Positions 1 to 9,865 of a stretch of DNA of 64,000 nucleotides are shown here, piece after piece. The position numbers and the translations under genes were made by a program. The notes beneath the pieces were generated by a model. The model had not been told where the DNA came from. It was given only the letters and a program-made list of their open reading frames with translations, and searched no databases. Position 1 is the first letter of the stretch; every line of letters starts with the position of its first letter. Origin of the DNA: a virus; the IMG/VR virus record IMGVR_UViG_3300025759_000076, positions 10,609 to 74,608 of that record; one strand, given 5' to 3'.

Positions 1-194
1 ATATACTGAAGAAGTTCTCTTACAATCTCTTCTTCATTATACTTCCATGGTCTACTACTAACACTAAGGTTTGGTTCAACTTTTTTGGATTCGGTCAATT
101 CAATTTTGTCCTCATTAGAAACAAGAGGGGTCCATTCGTACCCCTCCTCTGGTAAAGAATTCATGTGATCATATAATAAACTCCATGCGGTCAT
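1..194 (-). CDS. Hypothetical protein, runs off window edge (MTAWSLLYDHMNSLPEEG...WKYNEEEIVRELLQY)
   Basis: Manually translated open frame from ATG at 194, 4 nt after the cobS stop; resembles the conserved ORF that follows cobS in cyanomyoviruses. Confidence 0.7.
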   Translation of the reverse strand, partial: MTAWSLLYDHMNSLPEEGYEWTPLVSNEDKIELTESKKVEPNLSVSSRPWKYNEEEIVRELLQY

Positions 195-198
195 TCTA

Positions 199-1278
199 TC
201 AATTATCCTCCTTGTTGTCAACTTTCATCTCAAAATCTACATCAACTTTATCGTAAAGTTCTAAAAAAGAAGACTTGGTTTCTTCATCAAAACGATTTAT
301 ACAGACTTGAATTGCTTTACTCTTGTCACCAAAGATACTATAAGCACGGACGATATGAATCAAACGACGGGTCGAGATAACATCTTCAATACCACCATCA
401 TAGAATGTCTTACGAATGATGTCAGCCCAGTCACAGAGATGCTTACAGAACTGTCGGTCTTCAATACTAAGGTCTAAAGCAATCCCTTCTAGAATTCTCT
501 GTTCAGTCTTGGCCGTTGGATATTCTTGCTCAAGAGTAATACAGAAACGTTCTAGGAATGCCTCATTGAGAACGTTAGTTCCAATAAACCGACCGTCATC
601 GCTGCCTTTACCTTTAGTATTTGCAGTTGCAATAACATTGAATCCCTCCTTGGGCTGTACAAACTTACCGGTCTTCTTCAAGAAAACACCTGTACCTTCA
701 AGAATAGATTGAAGACATAGGATTTTATTAGATGCCAGGTCAACTTCGTCTAGAAGCAACACTGCTCCACGTTCCAGAGCCTCGATGACTGGACCGTTAT
801 GCCAAACAGTTTCGCCATTAACAAGACGAAAGCCACCAATAAGATCGTCTTCGTCAGTCTCGATAGTAATGTTGACACGGATTAGTTCTCTCTTGAGTTG
901 AGCACAAGCCTGTTCAACCAAAAACGTTTTACCATTACCAGAAAGACCCGTGATGAATGATGGATAGAACAGACGGGACTGAATAATCTTTTTGATGTCT
1001 GTAAAATTACCAAACTTGACGAAGGTATTATCTTTTACAGGAATGAGATCTTGTTCGACTGCAGGAGTTGCAGGAGTTGCTTGATAGGTTTGTTCTAGTT
1101 GTTCTTGAACGGTAAGATTCCACTTACCCCGACCAGTCTTATATTCGTCTAGTTTTTTAGTTACAGTCTGATAATTACAGTCATTCATTGAACACCAGGC
1201 ACGAAGGTCACCAGAAGTAACATTTTCACCGTACAGTGCTTGAAGAGAAGTGACTACGTATTCTTTTGATAGTGTCAT
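199..1278 (-). CDS. cobS: CobS-like MoxR-family AAA+ ATPase
   Basis: Walker A GLSGNGKT, Walker B LLLDEVD, ATANTKG and NEAFLERF motifs; start set at MTLSKEY because the track start at 1323 overlaps the promoter. Confidence 0.9.
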   Translation of the reverse strand: MTLSKEYVVTSLQALYGENVTSGDLRAWCSMNDCNYQTVTKKLDEYKTGRGKWNLTVQEQLEQTYQATPATPAVEQDLIPVKDNTFVKFGNFTDIKKIIQSRLFYPSFITGLSGNGKTFLVEQACAQLKRELIRVNITIETDEDDLIGGFRLVNGETVWHNGPVIEALERGAVLLLDEVDLASNKILCLQSILEGTGVFLKKTGKFVQPKEGFNVIATANTKGKGSDDGRFIGTNVLNEAFLERFCITLEQEYPTAKTEQRILEGIALDLSIEDRQFCKHLCDWADIIRKTFYDGGIEDVISTRRLIHIVRAYSIFGDKSKAIQVCINRFDEETKSSFLELYDKVDVDFEMKVDNKEDN

Positions 1279-1305
1279 GATGTATGTGGTGTGGTCAACA
1301 AAGCT

Positions 1306-1362
1306 AATATAGTCCAAAACCACCCGTAGTGGTGGGTGGTTGGGACAGTTGTCAAACTGGTC
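1306..1362 (-). promoter_or_regulatory. Palindrome + hairpin + -10 promoter element upstream of cobS
   Basis: Minus strand GACCAGTTTGACAACTGTC, then hairpin AACCACCC..GGGTGGTT, then TATATT; same architecture at 3512-3569. Confidence 0.6.
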
Positions 1363-3493
1363 AGGAGATCAGGTTGACGAATTGACTAAGTACTTTTCTA
1401 TTTAGAGACTTAGCCTTAAGATTTTTGGCAAATGCCGATTTGATTTTTGATTTAGATGCTCCCTCATCAACTTCAAATTCAATGTCATTATTCAGACCAG
1501 TATCTAACATACCAAAGTAAGAAGTATAACCTGAGTTCTTAATCTCATAGAACTTTTCTTTGCGAACAACTTTCATAAGTTCATCGTTCACTTCCATGTA
1601 CCGATGTAAGAAAGGTTTGAATTCATAATTAGAAGCAATACGAATACCGATAAGATTTACATCAGGAAAACTTTCTTTCAAGTCTTTCAATAGAAGTTCT
1701 GTGAATTCATAGTATTGACTAGGAACTTTATAAGTGTGTCCAGTCTTACGATTACGAATATAATCAATAGGACTCATTCGAGCAATAGACATCTTACCAC
1801 CCATGTAATCACAAGTTCTGAATACTGGTAAGTGATTGGCTTCACCGTCAGTCAGAATAACTGTATTGACTTTTTGAACTTTATTCTTCATTTGAAATTG
1901 AGGAATAATCTGATGAAGACAAACAATTGCTTCATTCAATGGAGTACCAGAAAGAGAGAAGTTCAATGGAGGTTCATAGTTTACATTCATTGAACAGGAA
2001 TATGCGATTCGATACAAAGACAACATCTGCTTATCAAGTTCTGCCTTTCTTGTGTCACTAGTAAAGAAGTGAAGAAGATTGAAGTCAGGAGAAACTACCA
2101 ACATGTTATCTTTCACATCTTGATATTCGATATCTTCAAATTTAACACTTTGAGTGTACCGCTTTTCTGTATGTCGGTTTTCGATGTAGTTGTTACTGAA
2201 TGCATATACATCGAATGGAATATTTACTTTCTTACAGAACCAAATCAAATTGAAGAGTTGCTTTATGGTAGAAAGAAGAGTAGTAGCCATAGAACCTGAC
2301 CAGTCAAGAATAAAGATAAGACCATGATTCTTACCGTCAGGTAGTACATTTACCTTCTTGAATAGGTCTTCATTGTATTTGTAGGTATGAAGTTTAGTAC
2401 AATCTAATACACCAGTCTTTGCAGTCAGAGACCGTGTGTATGCATCTGCAGACTTCTTACATTCAAACTCCTTTACAAGATAGTTGACTTCTTTTTGAGT
2501 AGATGATTTGAACTTAATATACTCACTGTCAACATAGGTAAAATCTGTTGCTTGGATTTTACGGTATGTTCTTGAGTACTCGTCCCAATAAGTTTCTTCA
2601 GTAGACAGTTTTGTCCAGTGTTCACTTATCTCTTTGTGACATTCAGTATTTGAAATGATAAGTTGTTCTACATCAACTTCAGGAACCTCATGGTATTCAG
2701 GATTTCTACCCTGTTCAGTTATACCATTGAGTTCTTGAGTACCTTCATTGAAAGTTTGGTCTGTCTGAACTTGAGGTTCTTCCTTAACAGTATCATCACT
2801 GGAACCTTCGGTAGAACCTTCTGTAGAACCTGAAACTTCTGGTGTTTCAGTACCAGAGGTTTCTTCTTTCTCCGGTTCACTATCAACAGAACCTTCTCTG
2901 TTTTGAGTGGTAGGTACATTTTTAACTGTCTGTTGTTCTTCTACCTCACCAATACAATACTTATAAAGAACTTCTGCTGCAAGAACTGCTTCGTCAAAAG
3001 TTTCTGTCTTACCTACAATGTCTAGAATATCTTTCTCTTCACCATCATCAATAGGTACATTGATGAAGTTACCAATCTTATAGTAAAGGTTGATACGATC
3101 AGCAAGATTCATATCTCCAAGATCTTTATCCCCAAGTTCAAAGAAGTCTTGGTCAGATAGTTCTTTATAACCTTTATAGAAACTCTTTGCTAGACCAGGA
3201 TACCGACGTTTCATCAGTTTCTCAATACGAGCATCTTCGGTCACGTTTACAAACTGTTGAGGAACTCTATCTTCCCAATCCCATTCATTAGCTGTATAAA
3301 GTGCGTGCCCAACTTCGTGACCCACCAACATATCATAGACACTCTCACTTGCCCTTTTCCACATAGGAAGAGTCAGTACCCTATTCTCTACATCAAACTG
3401 TGCAGTTTTAATATTACGATTCTCAACTAAAATATCTTCAGTGGCAAGAAGTTTTGCAAGTTGTGATTTGATTTCATAGTTGACCATAGTCAT
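1361..3493 (-). CDS. CobT-like protein: N-terminal metallopeptidase-like domain, acidic linker, C-terminal vWA domain
   Basis: HEVGH (HExxH) and EDARIE motifs; vWA MIDAS DWSGSM, SGTPL, LTDGE; adjacent to cobS (MoxR/vWA pair). Confidence 0.85.
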   Translation of the reverse strand: MTMVNYEIKSQLAKLLATEDILVENRNIKTAQFDVENRVLTLPMWKRASESVYDMLVGHEVGHALYTANEWDWEDRVPQQFVNVTEDARIEKLMKRRYPGLAKSFYKGYKELSDQDFFELGDKDLGDMNLADRINLYYKIGNFINVPIDDGEEKDILDIVGKTETFDEAVLAAEVLYKYCIGEVEEQQTVKNVPTTQNREGSVDSEPEKEETSGTETPEVSGSTEGSTEGSSDDTVKEEPQVQTDQTFNEGTQELNGITEQGRNPEYHEVPEVDVEQLIISNTECHKEISEHWTKLSTEETYWDEYSRTYRKIQATDFTYVDSEYIKFKSSTQKEVNYLVKEFECKKSADAYTRSLTAKTGVLDCTKLHTYKYNEDLFKKVNVLPDGKNHGLIFILDWSGSMATTLLSTIKQLFNLIWFCKKVNIPFDVYAFSNNYIENRHTEKRYTQSVKFEDIEYQDVKDNMLVVSPDFNLLHFFTSDTRKAELDKQMLSLYRIAYSCSMNVNYEPPLNFSLSGTPLNEAIVCLHQIIPQFQMKNKVQKVNTVILTDGEANHLPVFRTCDYMGGKMSIARMSPIDYIRNRKTGHTYKVPSQYYEFTELLLKDLKESFPDVNLIGIRIASNYEFKPFLHRYMEVNDELMKVVRKEKFYEIKNSGYTSYFGMLDTGLNNDIEFEVDEGASKSKIKSAFAKNLKAKSLNRKVLSQFVNLIS

Positions 3494-3511
3494 TTCGTTT
3501 CCGATAGACAT

Positions 3512-3569
3512 AGTATATAACAAAACCCGACCAAAAAATGGACGGGGTGTACAGTTCTATTATTGGCAC
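3512..3569 (-). promoter_or_regulatory. Palindrome + hairpin + -10 promoter element upstream of cobT-like gene
   Basis: Minus strand GTGCCAATAATAGAACTGTACAC, hairpin CCCG..CGGG, then TATACT. Confidence 0.55.
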
Positions 3570-3576
3570 ATACATC

Positions 3577-3609
3577 AATCCCCTCCACTTATTAGGTGAA
3601 GGGGACTTT
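3577..3609 (-). terminator. Putative terminator hairpin
   Basis: tcccctccac-ttattag-gtgaagggga stem-loop after the 55-aa ORF; no strong U tail. Confidence 0.4.
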
Positions 3610-3632
3610 GGTTTTAAACTCATTGATCGTTT

Positions 3633-3800
3633 TTATTCGGTAAGAATGTGACGACAGAACCTCCTTGCGGTACTATCGATAATTTCACAATCGGAAATAC
3701 ATTGAAAGTAATCTGTGACTTGATCTCGTGTCTCCTCGTTAGTTGATTTTTCGTCCCATTTCCAAGATGCTAGTTCGTTCCGTGATAAAAGATCTTTCAT
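3633..3800 (-). CDS. Small 55-aa hypothetical protein (MKDLLSRNELASWKW...DYFQCISDCEIIDSTARRFCRHILTE)
   Basis: Manual translation; GGAG RBS and upstream TATAAT; Cys pattern like small proteins shared by cyanophages and picocyanobacteria. Confidence 0.75.
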   Translation of the reverse strand: MKDLLSRNELASWKWDEKSTNEETRDQVTDYFQCISDCEIIDSTARRFCRHILTE

Positions 3801-3874
3801 GGTATTCTCCGTATCAATATATTATATAGTATACTTTGTGTTAGTTTACTAACATTTGTATAGTCTTAATATAA

Positions 3875-5584
3875 CTATTCCTTTCTTGAAAATCCTTTAT
3901 GTTTAGAAAATCGAATGACTTGATCAAACTTATCCTCCAATCCCTCCTTATGAGATATTACGAAGACGTTGACATCTTTTAGATTATATCTAATGATTTT
4001 CATAAAGTCATCTGATCCACTTCCATCCAGACTACTATCACAAACCTCGTCGAGTAATAGTAAATTACAATTGACAGAGTTTTTAACTCTAGAGATTTCT
4101 CTCCAGGTAAAGAGGAGGGATAAATCAATTCTGAGTTTTTCTCCTTCTGAGAAACTACTATAAGTAAAATCCTCATGTATTGGAGATTTTATACTCTCAT
4201 TGAATTCACTATCCAATGAAAAATTAATGTAGAAGTCCATCATCTGAAGGTAGTTATTTACCTGTTGATTGATGAGAGGAAGATACTTCTTAATAATCTT
4301 TGCCTTGACTCCACCGTCTTTAAGAAGACTATATACGAAATCATGGTAGGAAATATTCTCTTTCCGTTTAGTAAGTTCATCATATGTTTGATCAAGGGTA
4401 CTTCTTAATGTTTCTAACTTTTCATGCTCAGTATTTCTGTTCTGGATCTGACTGGTAACAGTTTGAATTTCTGATTCCAGTCCCCTAACCTGTTTCTGTA
4501 AGCTAGAGATCTGTACATTGAAAGAAGAAATTTCATTAAGTACTTTTGTAGTGTCCTTGGTGAGTTGATTAAATTGTGATTCTCTCAACTCTTCGTCTTT
4601 AATTGCACCTTGGAGTTGTTCATACCCCTCACGCAACTCTTCTGCTTTATTTTGAGAATCAATAATTCTATTTACACGGAATGATTCTTCAATTTCCTGG
4701 TCACAGGTGGGACAAACCGTATTTTCACTGAAGAATTTATGTTCCTTTACAATAGTCTGTATTCGTTGTGACAATTTACCTTTGACATTACCAAACTCAC
4801 GAAGTCTTTGTTGAACTCCTTCAAAGTTTTCTAAAGATTTATTGAGTTCTGCAAGTCTATCTTCTTCAGTCAAACTTTTCTTGAACAAAGTTTCGATTTC
4901 AGTATTGATAGAATTAATACTATTAGTCTTTACGGTAATGTCGTCTTTACTTTGACTCTCAAGTTTATCGATAAAGTCTTTTTGCATATCGACTTTATCT
5001 TGAATCGACTCTTTCTTCAACTGTAGAGTCTTCGTCTCTTCACGAATAACACGAATCTTGGATTTGATTAAGTCATTCATCGATGAGAAGATTTTAATGT
5101 CGAGAAGATCTTCCACAACTTCTCTACGACTAGATGCAGACAGTTGCATAAAGGGTACAAAGGTAGAAGAACCCAAGATCACGATCTGTGTGAAACTTTT
5201 ATAGTTCATCTTGAGAACATTCTGTTCTAACCACTTCTGTTGGTCTATAGCAGAGTGTGATTGGTCTAACTCCTCACCATTGCGAGTAATCTTAAAAATG
5301 TTTGGTTTGATACCTCTTTGAATTTTCCACTCTACACTATTAACATCAAACTCAATTTTTACGAGTGCACCTTTATCATTTGTAGAGTTGATAAGTTGAT
5401 TTTTATTGATTTTTCTAAAACTTTTTCCATACAAAACAAAGGTAAGTGCATCCAAGATGGTTGACTTACCTGCCCCATTAGCACCGATGATAAGTGTGGT
5501 TGCAGTCTCATCAAGAATAACTTCTGTTGGTTGATTACCGGTACTTAAAAAGTTGGCCCAGGAGATTTTCTTAAAGGTTATCAT
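3875..5584 (-). CDS. gp46: Recombination endonuclease subunit, SbcC/Rad50-like ATPase
   Basis: Walker A GANGAGKS, zinc hook CPTC, signature FSEGEK, Walker B LLLDE; next to gp47. Confidence 0.95.
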   Translation of the reverse strand: MITFKKISWANFLSTGNQPTEVILDETATTLIIGANGAGKSTILDALTFVLYGKSFRKINKNQLINSTNDKGALVKIEFDVNSVEWKIQRGIKPNIFKITRNGEELDQSHSAIDQQKWLEQNVLKMNYKSFTQIVILGSSTFVPFMQLSASSRREVVEDLLDIKIFSSMNDLIKSKIRVIREETKTLQLKKESIQDKVDMQKDFIDKLESQSKDDITVKTNSINSINTEIETLFKKSLTEEDRLAELNKSLENFEGVQQRLREFGNVKGKLSQRIQTIVKEHKFFSENTVCPTCDQEIEESFRVNRIIDSQNKAEELREGYEQLQGAIKDEELRESQFNQLTKDTTKVLNEISSFNVQISSLQKQVRGLESEIQTVTSQIQNRNTEHEKLETLRSTLDQTYDELTKRKENISYHDFVYSLLKDGGVKAKIIKKYLPLINQQVNNYLQMMDFYINFSLDSEFNESIKSPIHEDFTYSSFSEGEKLRIDLSLLFTWREISRVKNSVNCNLLLLDEVCDSSLDGSGSDDFMKIIRYNLKDVNVFVISHKEGLEDKFDQVIRFSKHKGFSRKE

Positions 5585-5846
5585 ATTCTTCGTCAGGTGG
5601 AATTACAATGTCATTGGAGGTAATCACAGTATAACGGTGATCGTGCATTTCACAAGTTTTTATCATTACTTCATCATCTACTTCTAACACAGTCATTTTA
5701 GGATAACCAAGTTCTTCTAATTGCATAGAATATCTTGTTGCATCATCCTCCTGAATAAAGATATAAAGAACCTGTTCCCCATCTTCATCAATAACAGAAT
5801 ATGCTCCTTCTTTTTCCTTACCTACGACTGTGATAATGTACATCAA
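5571..5846 (-). CDS. Conserved hypothetical protein between gp47 and gp46
   Basis: Overlaps both neighbours; typical synteny. Confidence 0.8.
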   Translation of the reverse strand: MMYIITVVGKEKEGAYSVIDEDGEQVLYIFIQEDDATRYSMQLEELGYPKMTVLEVDDEVMIKTCEMHDHRYTVITSNDIVIPPDEEYDNL

Positions 5847-6883
5847 ATAACCTCACATGCTTCCTGATATATCTCTTTAATCAGGGACTGAATCAATGGT
5901 TTATTTAACTCGGTTTCAGACTCATCAATATATCTACTTAAGATAGACATAGTGTCTTCTGATTCTTCTGTTTCAAACTCTTCACTCTCAATGAGTTGAA
6001 AGTTCTCTACAATCTTAAGGTCTGCAACACCAGTTGCATAAAGTTTGTCAATAAATTTTTCAAACTTCTTGATGTCACTTTTTTTTCTTACGATAACCTT
6101 GACAATCTTATTCTCATACTCTGTGGTATTGAATGTTTGATGGTCTGTGTCTTCGTAATAGATGTTATAGAAGAGTCTGTGAGGATTATTTACAGGGGTG
6201 TGTTCTAGAGATTCTGTATCAAAAAGAGTGAAACCTCTGGAATCTTTGACATCACTCCAGAACATTTCATAGGGATTACCGAGATAATAAACGGTCCCAT
6301 TGTCGGATCGAGTGTGATAATGTCCCGAGAATACTTTTTCGAACTTATCAAAGGATCTACTGTCGTGACCGTGGTCCATGACGATTTGGTTATTGACTTT
6401 GAACCCGTTGAGCTCAAGGTGTCCCATTGCGACTGAACACTTGGTCTTACTGATAATCTTATCGGTTTCTTTCTGGTTGTCTTCATTGATCCAAGGAATA
6501 AAGAGAGTTTTAAGACCACCCAATGACACCTCTGTAGGAGAAGAATAAACCTCAACATTATCATATTCTTTCAGTAGAAGGTCTACTGCATTAACTTCGT
6601 TTGTGTTCTTGTAATATGCGTCATGGTTACCAACCATAAGATGCATTTTGATACCACGTTCCTTAAGAGGGTCAAACACAACTCTCTTGGACCACTTTAG
6701 TGCTTTGAATTCAATACTCTTACGACTATCAAATGCATCACCCATATGTACTACAGTATCGATACCTTCCTTTTCTAGTGTAGGGAAGAAGACATCTTGA
6801 TAGAACTTTTCAAAGTAATCGTGAAAGAGTTTAGAGTTTTTACGAGCGCCGTAGTGCGTGTCGCTGATTATCGCTACTTGCAT
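5843..6883 (-). CDS. gp47: Recombination endonuclease subunit, SbcD/Mre11-like
   Basis: Metallophosphoesterase motifs DTHYG, GDAFD, GNHD, SGHYH. Confidence 0.95.
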   Translation of the reverse strand: MQVAIISDTHYGARKNSKLFHDYFEKFYQDVFFPTLEKEGIDTVVHMGDAFDSRKSIEFKALKWSKRVVFDPLKERGIKMHLMVGNHDAYYKNTNEVNAVDLLLKEYDNVEVYSSPTEVSLGGLKTLFIPWINEDNQKETDKIISKTKCSVAMGHLELNGFKVNNQIVMDHGHDSRSFDKFEKVFSGHYHTRSDNGTVYYLGNPYEMFWSDVKDSRGFTLFDTESLEHTPVNNPHRLFYNIYYEDTDHQTFNTTEYENKIVKVIVRKKSDIKKFEKFIDKLYATGVADLKIVENFQLIESEEFETEESEDTMSILSRYIDESETELNKPLIQSLIKEIYQEACEVI

Positions 6884-7178
6884 GATGAGGTTTGTGTTCT
6901 CTGTCTAAAGGTTGTGATTTGGTGAGGTCTCTACGTGATTGGTTTTTGATAACGATGAAACAATCTTTATTATACTTACGAGTACCGATAGGTGACTGCC
7001 ACTTTCTGTTATACTCTTCACCAACATCAATACCTGAGATTTGAGTACCACCGAGTTCTACAGTAATCTCATCATCTACAGACCAACCAAGTTTTTCTAC
7101 ATAACCAGCAACGAGTTCGTTGATAGTTGGTTTATCCAGAATACGCTCTTCTGGGTCAAGACTTCCATTCATAATCAA
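6840..7178 (-). CDS. Hypothetical phage protein
   Basis: 112-aa ORF coupled to the gp55 stop and overlapping the gp47 start by 44 nt. Confidence 0.7.
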   Translation of the reverse strand: MIMNGSLDPEERILDKPTINELVAGYVEKLGWSVDDEITVELGGTQISGIDVGEEYNRKWQSPIGTRKYNKDCFIVIKNQSRRDLTKSQPLDREHKPHHASSDNQRHALRRS

Positions 7179-7654
7179 CCACCTCTCAGTTTCTGATGCA
7201 CTGCATCTTTAATACTGTTATAGTCGGAATAGTTACCACTGTCAAGTTCATTGGAATCAAAGACCTCATCGAAGTCACTCTTCTCAAGAATCTTGTTTTT
7301 AATTTCTAGTTGCTTTTTCTCTTGAGAGATACGTCTCAGAAATGCATAGTAGATAATCTGAGTGAAGTATGCAAAGGGGTTCTTTGACTTTTCTGGATTA
7401 AAGTTATGAATGTATCTTACGCAGTTCTCAATACCATCACAAATCATATCATCCTTGAACATGTAGTTCACGAAGTTAGGTTTGTATGATAGATGGTTTG
7501 CAATCTTCAGGAAACATTCACCAATATACCTAGGAATAACTGGTTTGGGTTGGTCATTGAGTTTTGCTGTTGCAACCTGTGCAAAGTAATTCTCAAGAGC
7601 ATTCAGAAATTCCTTATTGTTTACATAGTGTTCTGTACTTCTTGGTTTTGGCAT
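7175..7654 (-). CDS. gp55: Late transcription sigma factor
   Basis: HYVNNKEF, YIGECFLKIA, NPFAYFTQIIYYAFLRRI motifs. Confidence 0.95.
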   Translation of the reverse strand: MPKPRSTEHYVNNKEFLNALENYFAQVATAKLNDQPKPVIPRYIGECFLKIANHLSYKPNFVNYMFKDDMICDGIENCVRYIHNFNPEKSKNPFAYFTQIIYYAFLRRISQEKKQLEIKNKILEKSDFDEVFDSNELDSGNYSDYNSIKDAVHQKLRGG

Positions 7655-7694
7655 AATGGTTTCAAGTCTTTAACCCGAATAATGTGTTGTACTT

Positions 7695-7723
7695 ATTATA
7701 ACATGACTTTATCAGTTCGACAA
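7695..7723 (-). promoter_or_regulatory. Sigma70-type extended -10 promoter for gp55
   Basis: TTGTCG-17 nt-TATAAT with the TG extension (TGTTATAAT). Confidence 0.6.
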
Positions 7724-7726
7724 GAG

Positions 7727-7755
7727 TTGACAAGAATACAAATGTCGTATAGACT
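7727..7755 (+). promoter_or_regulatory. Divergent sigma70-type promoter pointing antisense into the uvsW operon
   Basis: TTGACA-17 nt-TAGACT. Confidence 0.55.
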
Positions 7756-7790
7756 AGGCTTGTCCCGGTTGATAGATAAGCTATAGGTTC

Positions 7791-8174
7791 TTAGAGATTA
7801 TAGAGTTTCTCTAGAACTTCTTTAGCATCATGGACACTAGAAATGTAACCCATCTTTCTATCTAACTTATGAAAGTTACCTTTAGTAGATTTTCTTATGT
7901 ACTCTTGATAGTTCATAATCATCTCAAGATTCTCTGATTCAGACATCGTAAGAACATCATCTAGATTAATTACAAATAAGTCTTCATGGGAAGTCTTTAA
8001 CCATGGTTCAAACTTATATCCAGTAATAGAACCTCTACTCTTCACAGGTTCTATCATAATAGGATTTGATACCAGTAACATAGTTCTATCATCTTCATCA
8101 GATGCTGCTACCTTGGCAAATATCTCATCACCACATTTAAGTTTTATGGTGGCAAAGAAATCGTCTTCAAGCAT
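7791..8174 (-). CDS. Conserved hypothetical protein (Sm-like fold suspected)
   Basis: Conserved position between uvsW and gp55 in cyanomyoviruses. Confidence 0.75.
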   Translation of the reverse strand: MLEDDFFATIKLKCGDEIFAKVAASDEDDRTMLLVSNPIMIEPVKSRGSITGYKFEPWLKTSHEDLFVINLDDVLTMSESENLEMIMNYQEYIRKSTKGNFHKLDRKMGYISSVHDAKEVLEKLYNL

Positions 8175-8187
8175 ATACTCTCCTTGT

Positions 8188-9654
8188 TTAGTCTTTTATA
8201 TCAATAGTTAAAATATCGTAGTTGAACTGTTCAGATACGTAAATTTTAATCCTCTCAATAAAATGATTTAGTGTATAGTTTTTTCTTGAGTTAATCGTAA
8301 AATCGTCAGCAATATCATAAAGTTTAGCACTCACTTTATCTTTGCCTTTCCTCAATACCCTTCCTATACTTTGAAGGTTTCTGATTCTTGATTTAGAAGG
8401 AGAGGCAAATATCACATTGTGAAGTCGTTTGATATTTACCCCCGTGCTAAATGTCCCATATGATGCAACAATGATAGCGTCTTGTTGTGATTCTGTAATG
8501 AGTCTGACTTGTTCCCTATCTTCGGCATCTACACCACCGTGAATAAAGAATACTCTTCTTCCTTCACTTACCTTATTATTTATCATCTCATATAAAATTG
8601 CACCATGAGATTCAACTCGACTGAATAAGACGAGAGTATTACCTTTCATATCACAGGAAAGATTTGTAATAAATTTATTTCTCATCTCGTGAGAGATGAG
8701 ATGCTGAATCTCATCTTCGTATGTATCAAACCTCTTTGGTCGATACTTCAAGACTAAACATTGAATATCAAGTGACGCAAGATGACCTTCATCAATGAGT
8801 TTCTTTGTTCCAGTAACTTTATATGATGGTCCAAACAACCCCTCTAACACCCATTTATGGGTCTGTGAGCCATCTAAAGTTCCTGTAAACCCATATCTAT
8901 ACTTTGCATGATGTAACTTATCCATGATACTGATAAGAGACTTAGATTTGAAGTTATGTGCCTCATCCCCTATAACAACCTCATATGGTTCAAAGAACTT
9001 TCTATCTAACTGATATACAGACTGCCAGGTAGTTATAGTTACAGAGTTTGTATTGACCCTCTCACGCCCTGCGTAGATACGGTGACAGTGATTTGCAACA
9101 TCCCAACCATAACTTTCAAAATCTTTTTGCATTTGTTCAACCAGAGATGTTGTAGGGACTACCAATAATACTTTCTTTTTGCGGGCAACAAAATATCTTA
9201 CAATGCAGTAAATCATAAATGACTTACCAGAGCCAGTAGGGCTAATCAGTAATTTTCTGTTATATCTCAGTGCATCAAATACACCATCTACTTGATAGTC
9301 TCTTGGCGTTATGGAGGGTGCAATGGACTGCATATAGTCCTTTACTCCACCCTTACTTACAAAGTCATTGACTTCAAAAGGTGGTCCATAATACTTATTA
9401 TTTTCGAATTGATATGTATATCCTGCAGTCTCACAGAATGCTACAACTTTATCTAATAGACCAACATAAATTCGCTTGGTCTTCATATTATATAAATGCA
9501 CATACCCGTCCCAATGCCTACTACGGTATTGGGGCATAAATTTATTATTCTCGACCTCGAAGCTGAATTTATCCCGCAACTCATGCTCAACATGCGGTTC
9601 AGTTGTTATTTTTAGATATACTTCATTTACCTTCTCAATAATCAAATGAGACAT
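8188..9654 (-). CDS. uvsW: SF2 DNA/RNA helicase UvsW
   Basis: PRDYQ, SPTGSGKS, DEAH, TGT, QSIGRVLR motifs. Confidence 0.95.
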   Translation of the reverse strand: MSHLIIEKVNEVYLKITTEPHVEHELRDKFSFEVENNKFMPQYRSRHWDGYVHLYNMKTKRIYVGLLDKVVAFCETAGYTYQFENNKYYGPPFEVNDFVSKGGVKDYMQSIAPSITPRDYQVDGVFDALRYNRKLLISPTGSGKSFMIYCIVRYFVARKKKVLLVVPTTSLVEQMQKDFESYGWDVANHCHRIYAGRERVNTNSVTITTWQSVYQLDRKFFEPYEVVIGDEAHNFKSKSLISIMDKLHHAKYRYGFTGTLDGSQTHKWVLEGLFGPSYKVTGTKKLIDEGHLASLDIQCLVLKYRPKRFDTYEDEIQHLISHEMRNKFITNLSCDMKGNTLVLFSRVESHGAILYEMINNKVSEGRRVFFIHGGVDAEDREQVRLITESQQDAIIVASYGTFSTGVNIKRLHNVIFASPSKSRIRNLQSIGRVLRKGKDKVSAKLYDIADDFTINSRKNYTLNHFIERIKIYVSEQFNYDILTIDIKD

Positions 9655-9682
9655 AATGTAACTTTTCAGTTACTATTATTTA

Positions 9683-9865
9683 TTACATATTGTCAAACCT
9701 ATGTTCTAACATAATCTTATAGAAATTATCTCTCATCATAATTAAATCTAATTGTTCTGTCGGATCACCTCCAGGCCATCTCTCAACTGCTTGTGATAGA
9801 CCGGTATGGATCAGACGAATACCTTCTATGGGTAATTCTATATGATAGTAACCTTCATCATCCAT
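9683..9865 (-). CDS. Small hypothetical protein
   Basis: 60-aa ORF coupled to uvsY via TAATG. Confidence 0.7.
   Translation of the reverse strand: MDDEGYYHIELPIEGIRLIHTGLSQAVERWPGGDPTEQLDLIMMRDNFYKIMLEHRFDNM

Noticed and set aside
199-3493. cobS/cobT as cobalamin-synthesis auxiliary metabolic genes
   Set aside because: Sequence supports only a MoxR AAA+/vWA chaperone pair common in T4-like cyanophages; no cobN or other cob genes here
3875-4200. Atypical residues at the gp46 C-terminus (DEVCD) as a sign of recoding by homing
   Set aside because: Catalytic motifs are intact, no adjacent endonuclease, and it cannot be judged without an alignment
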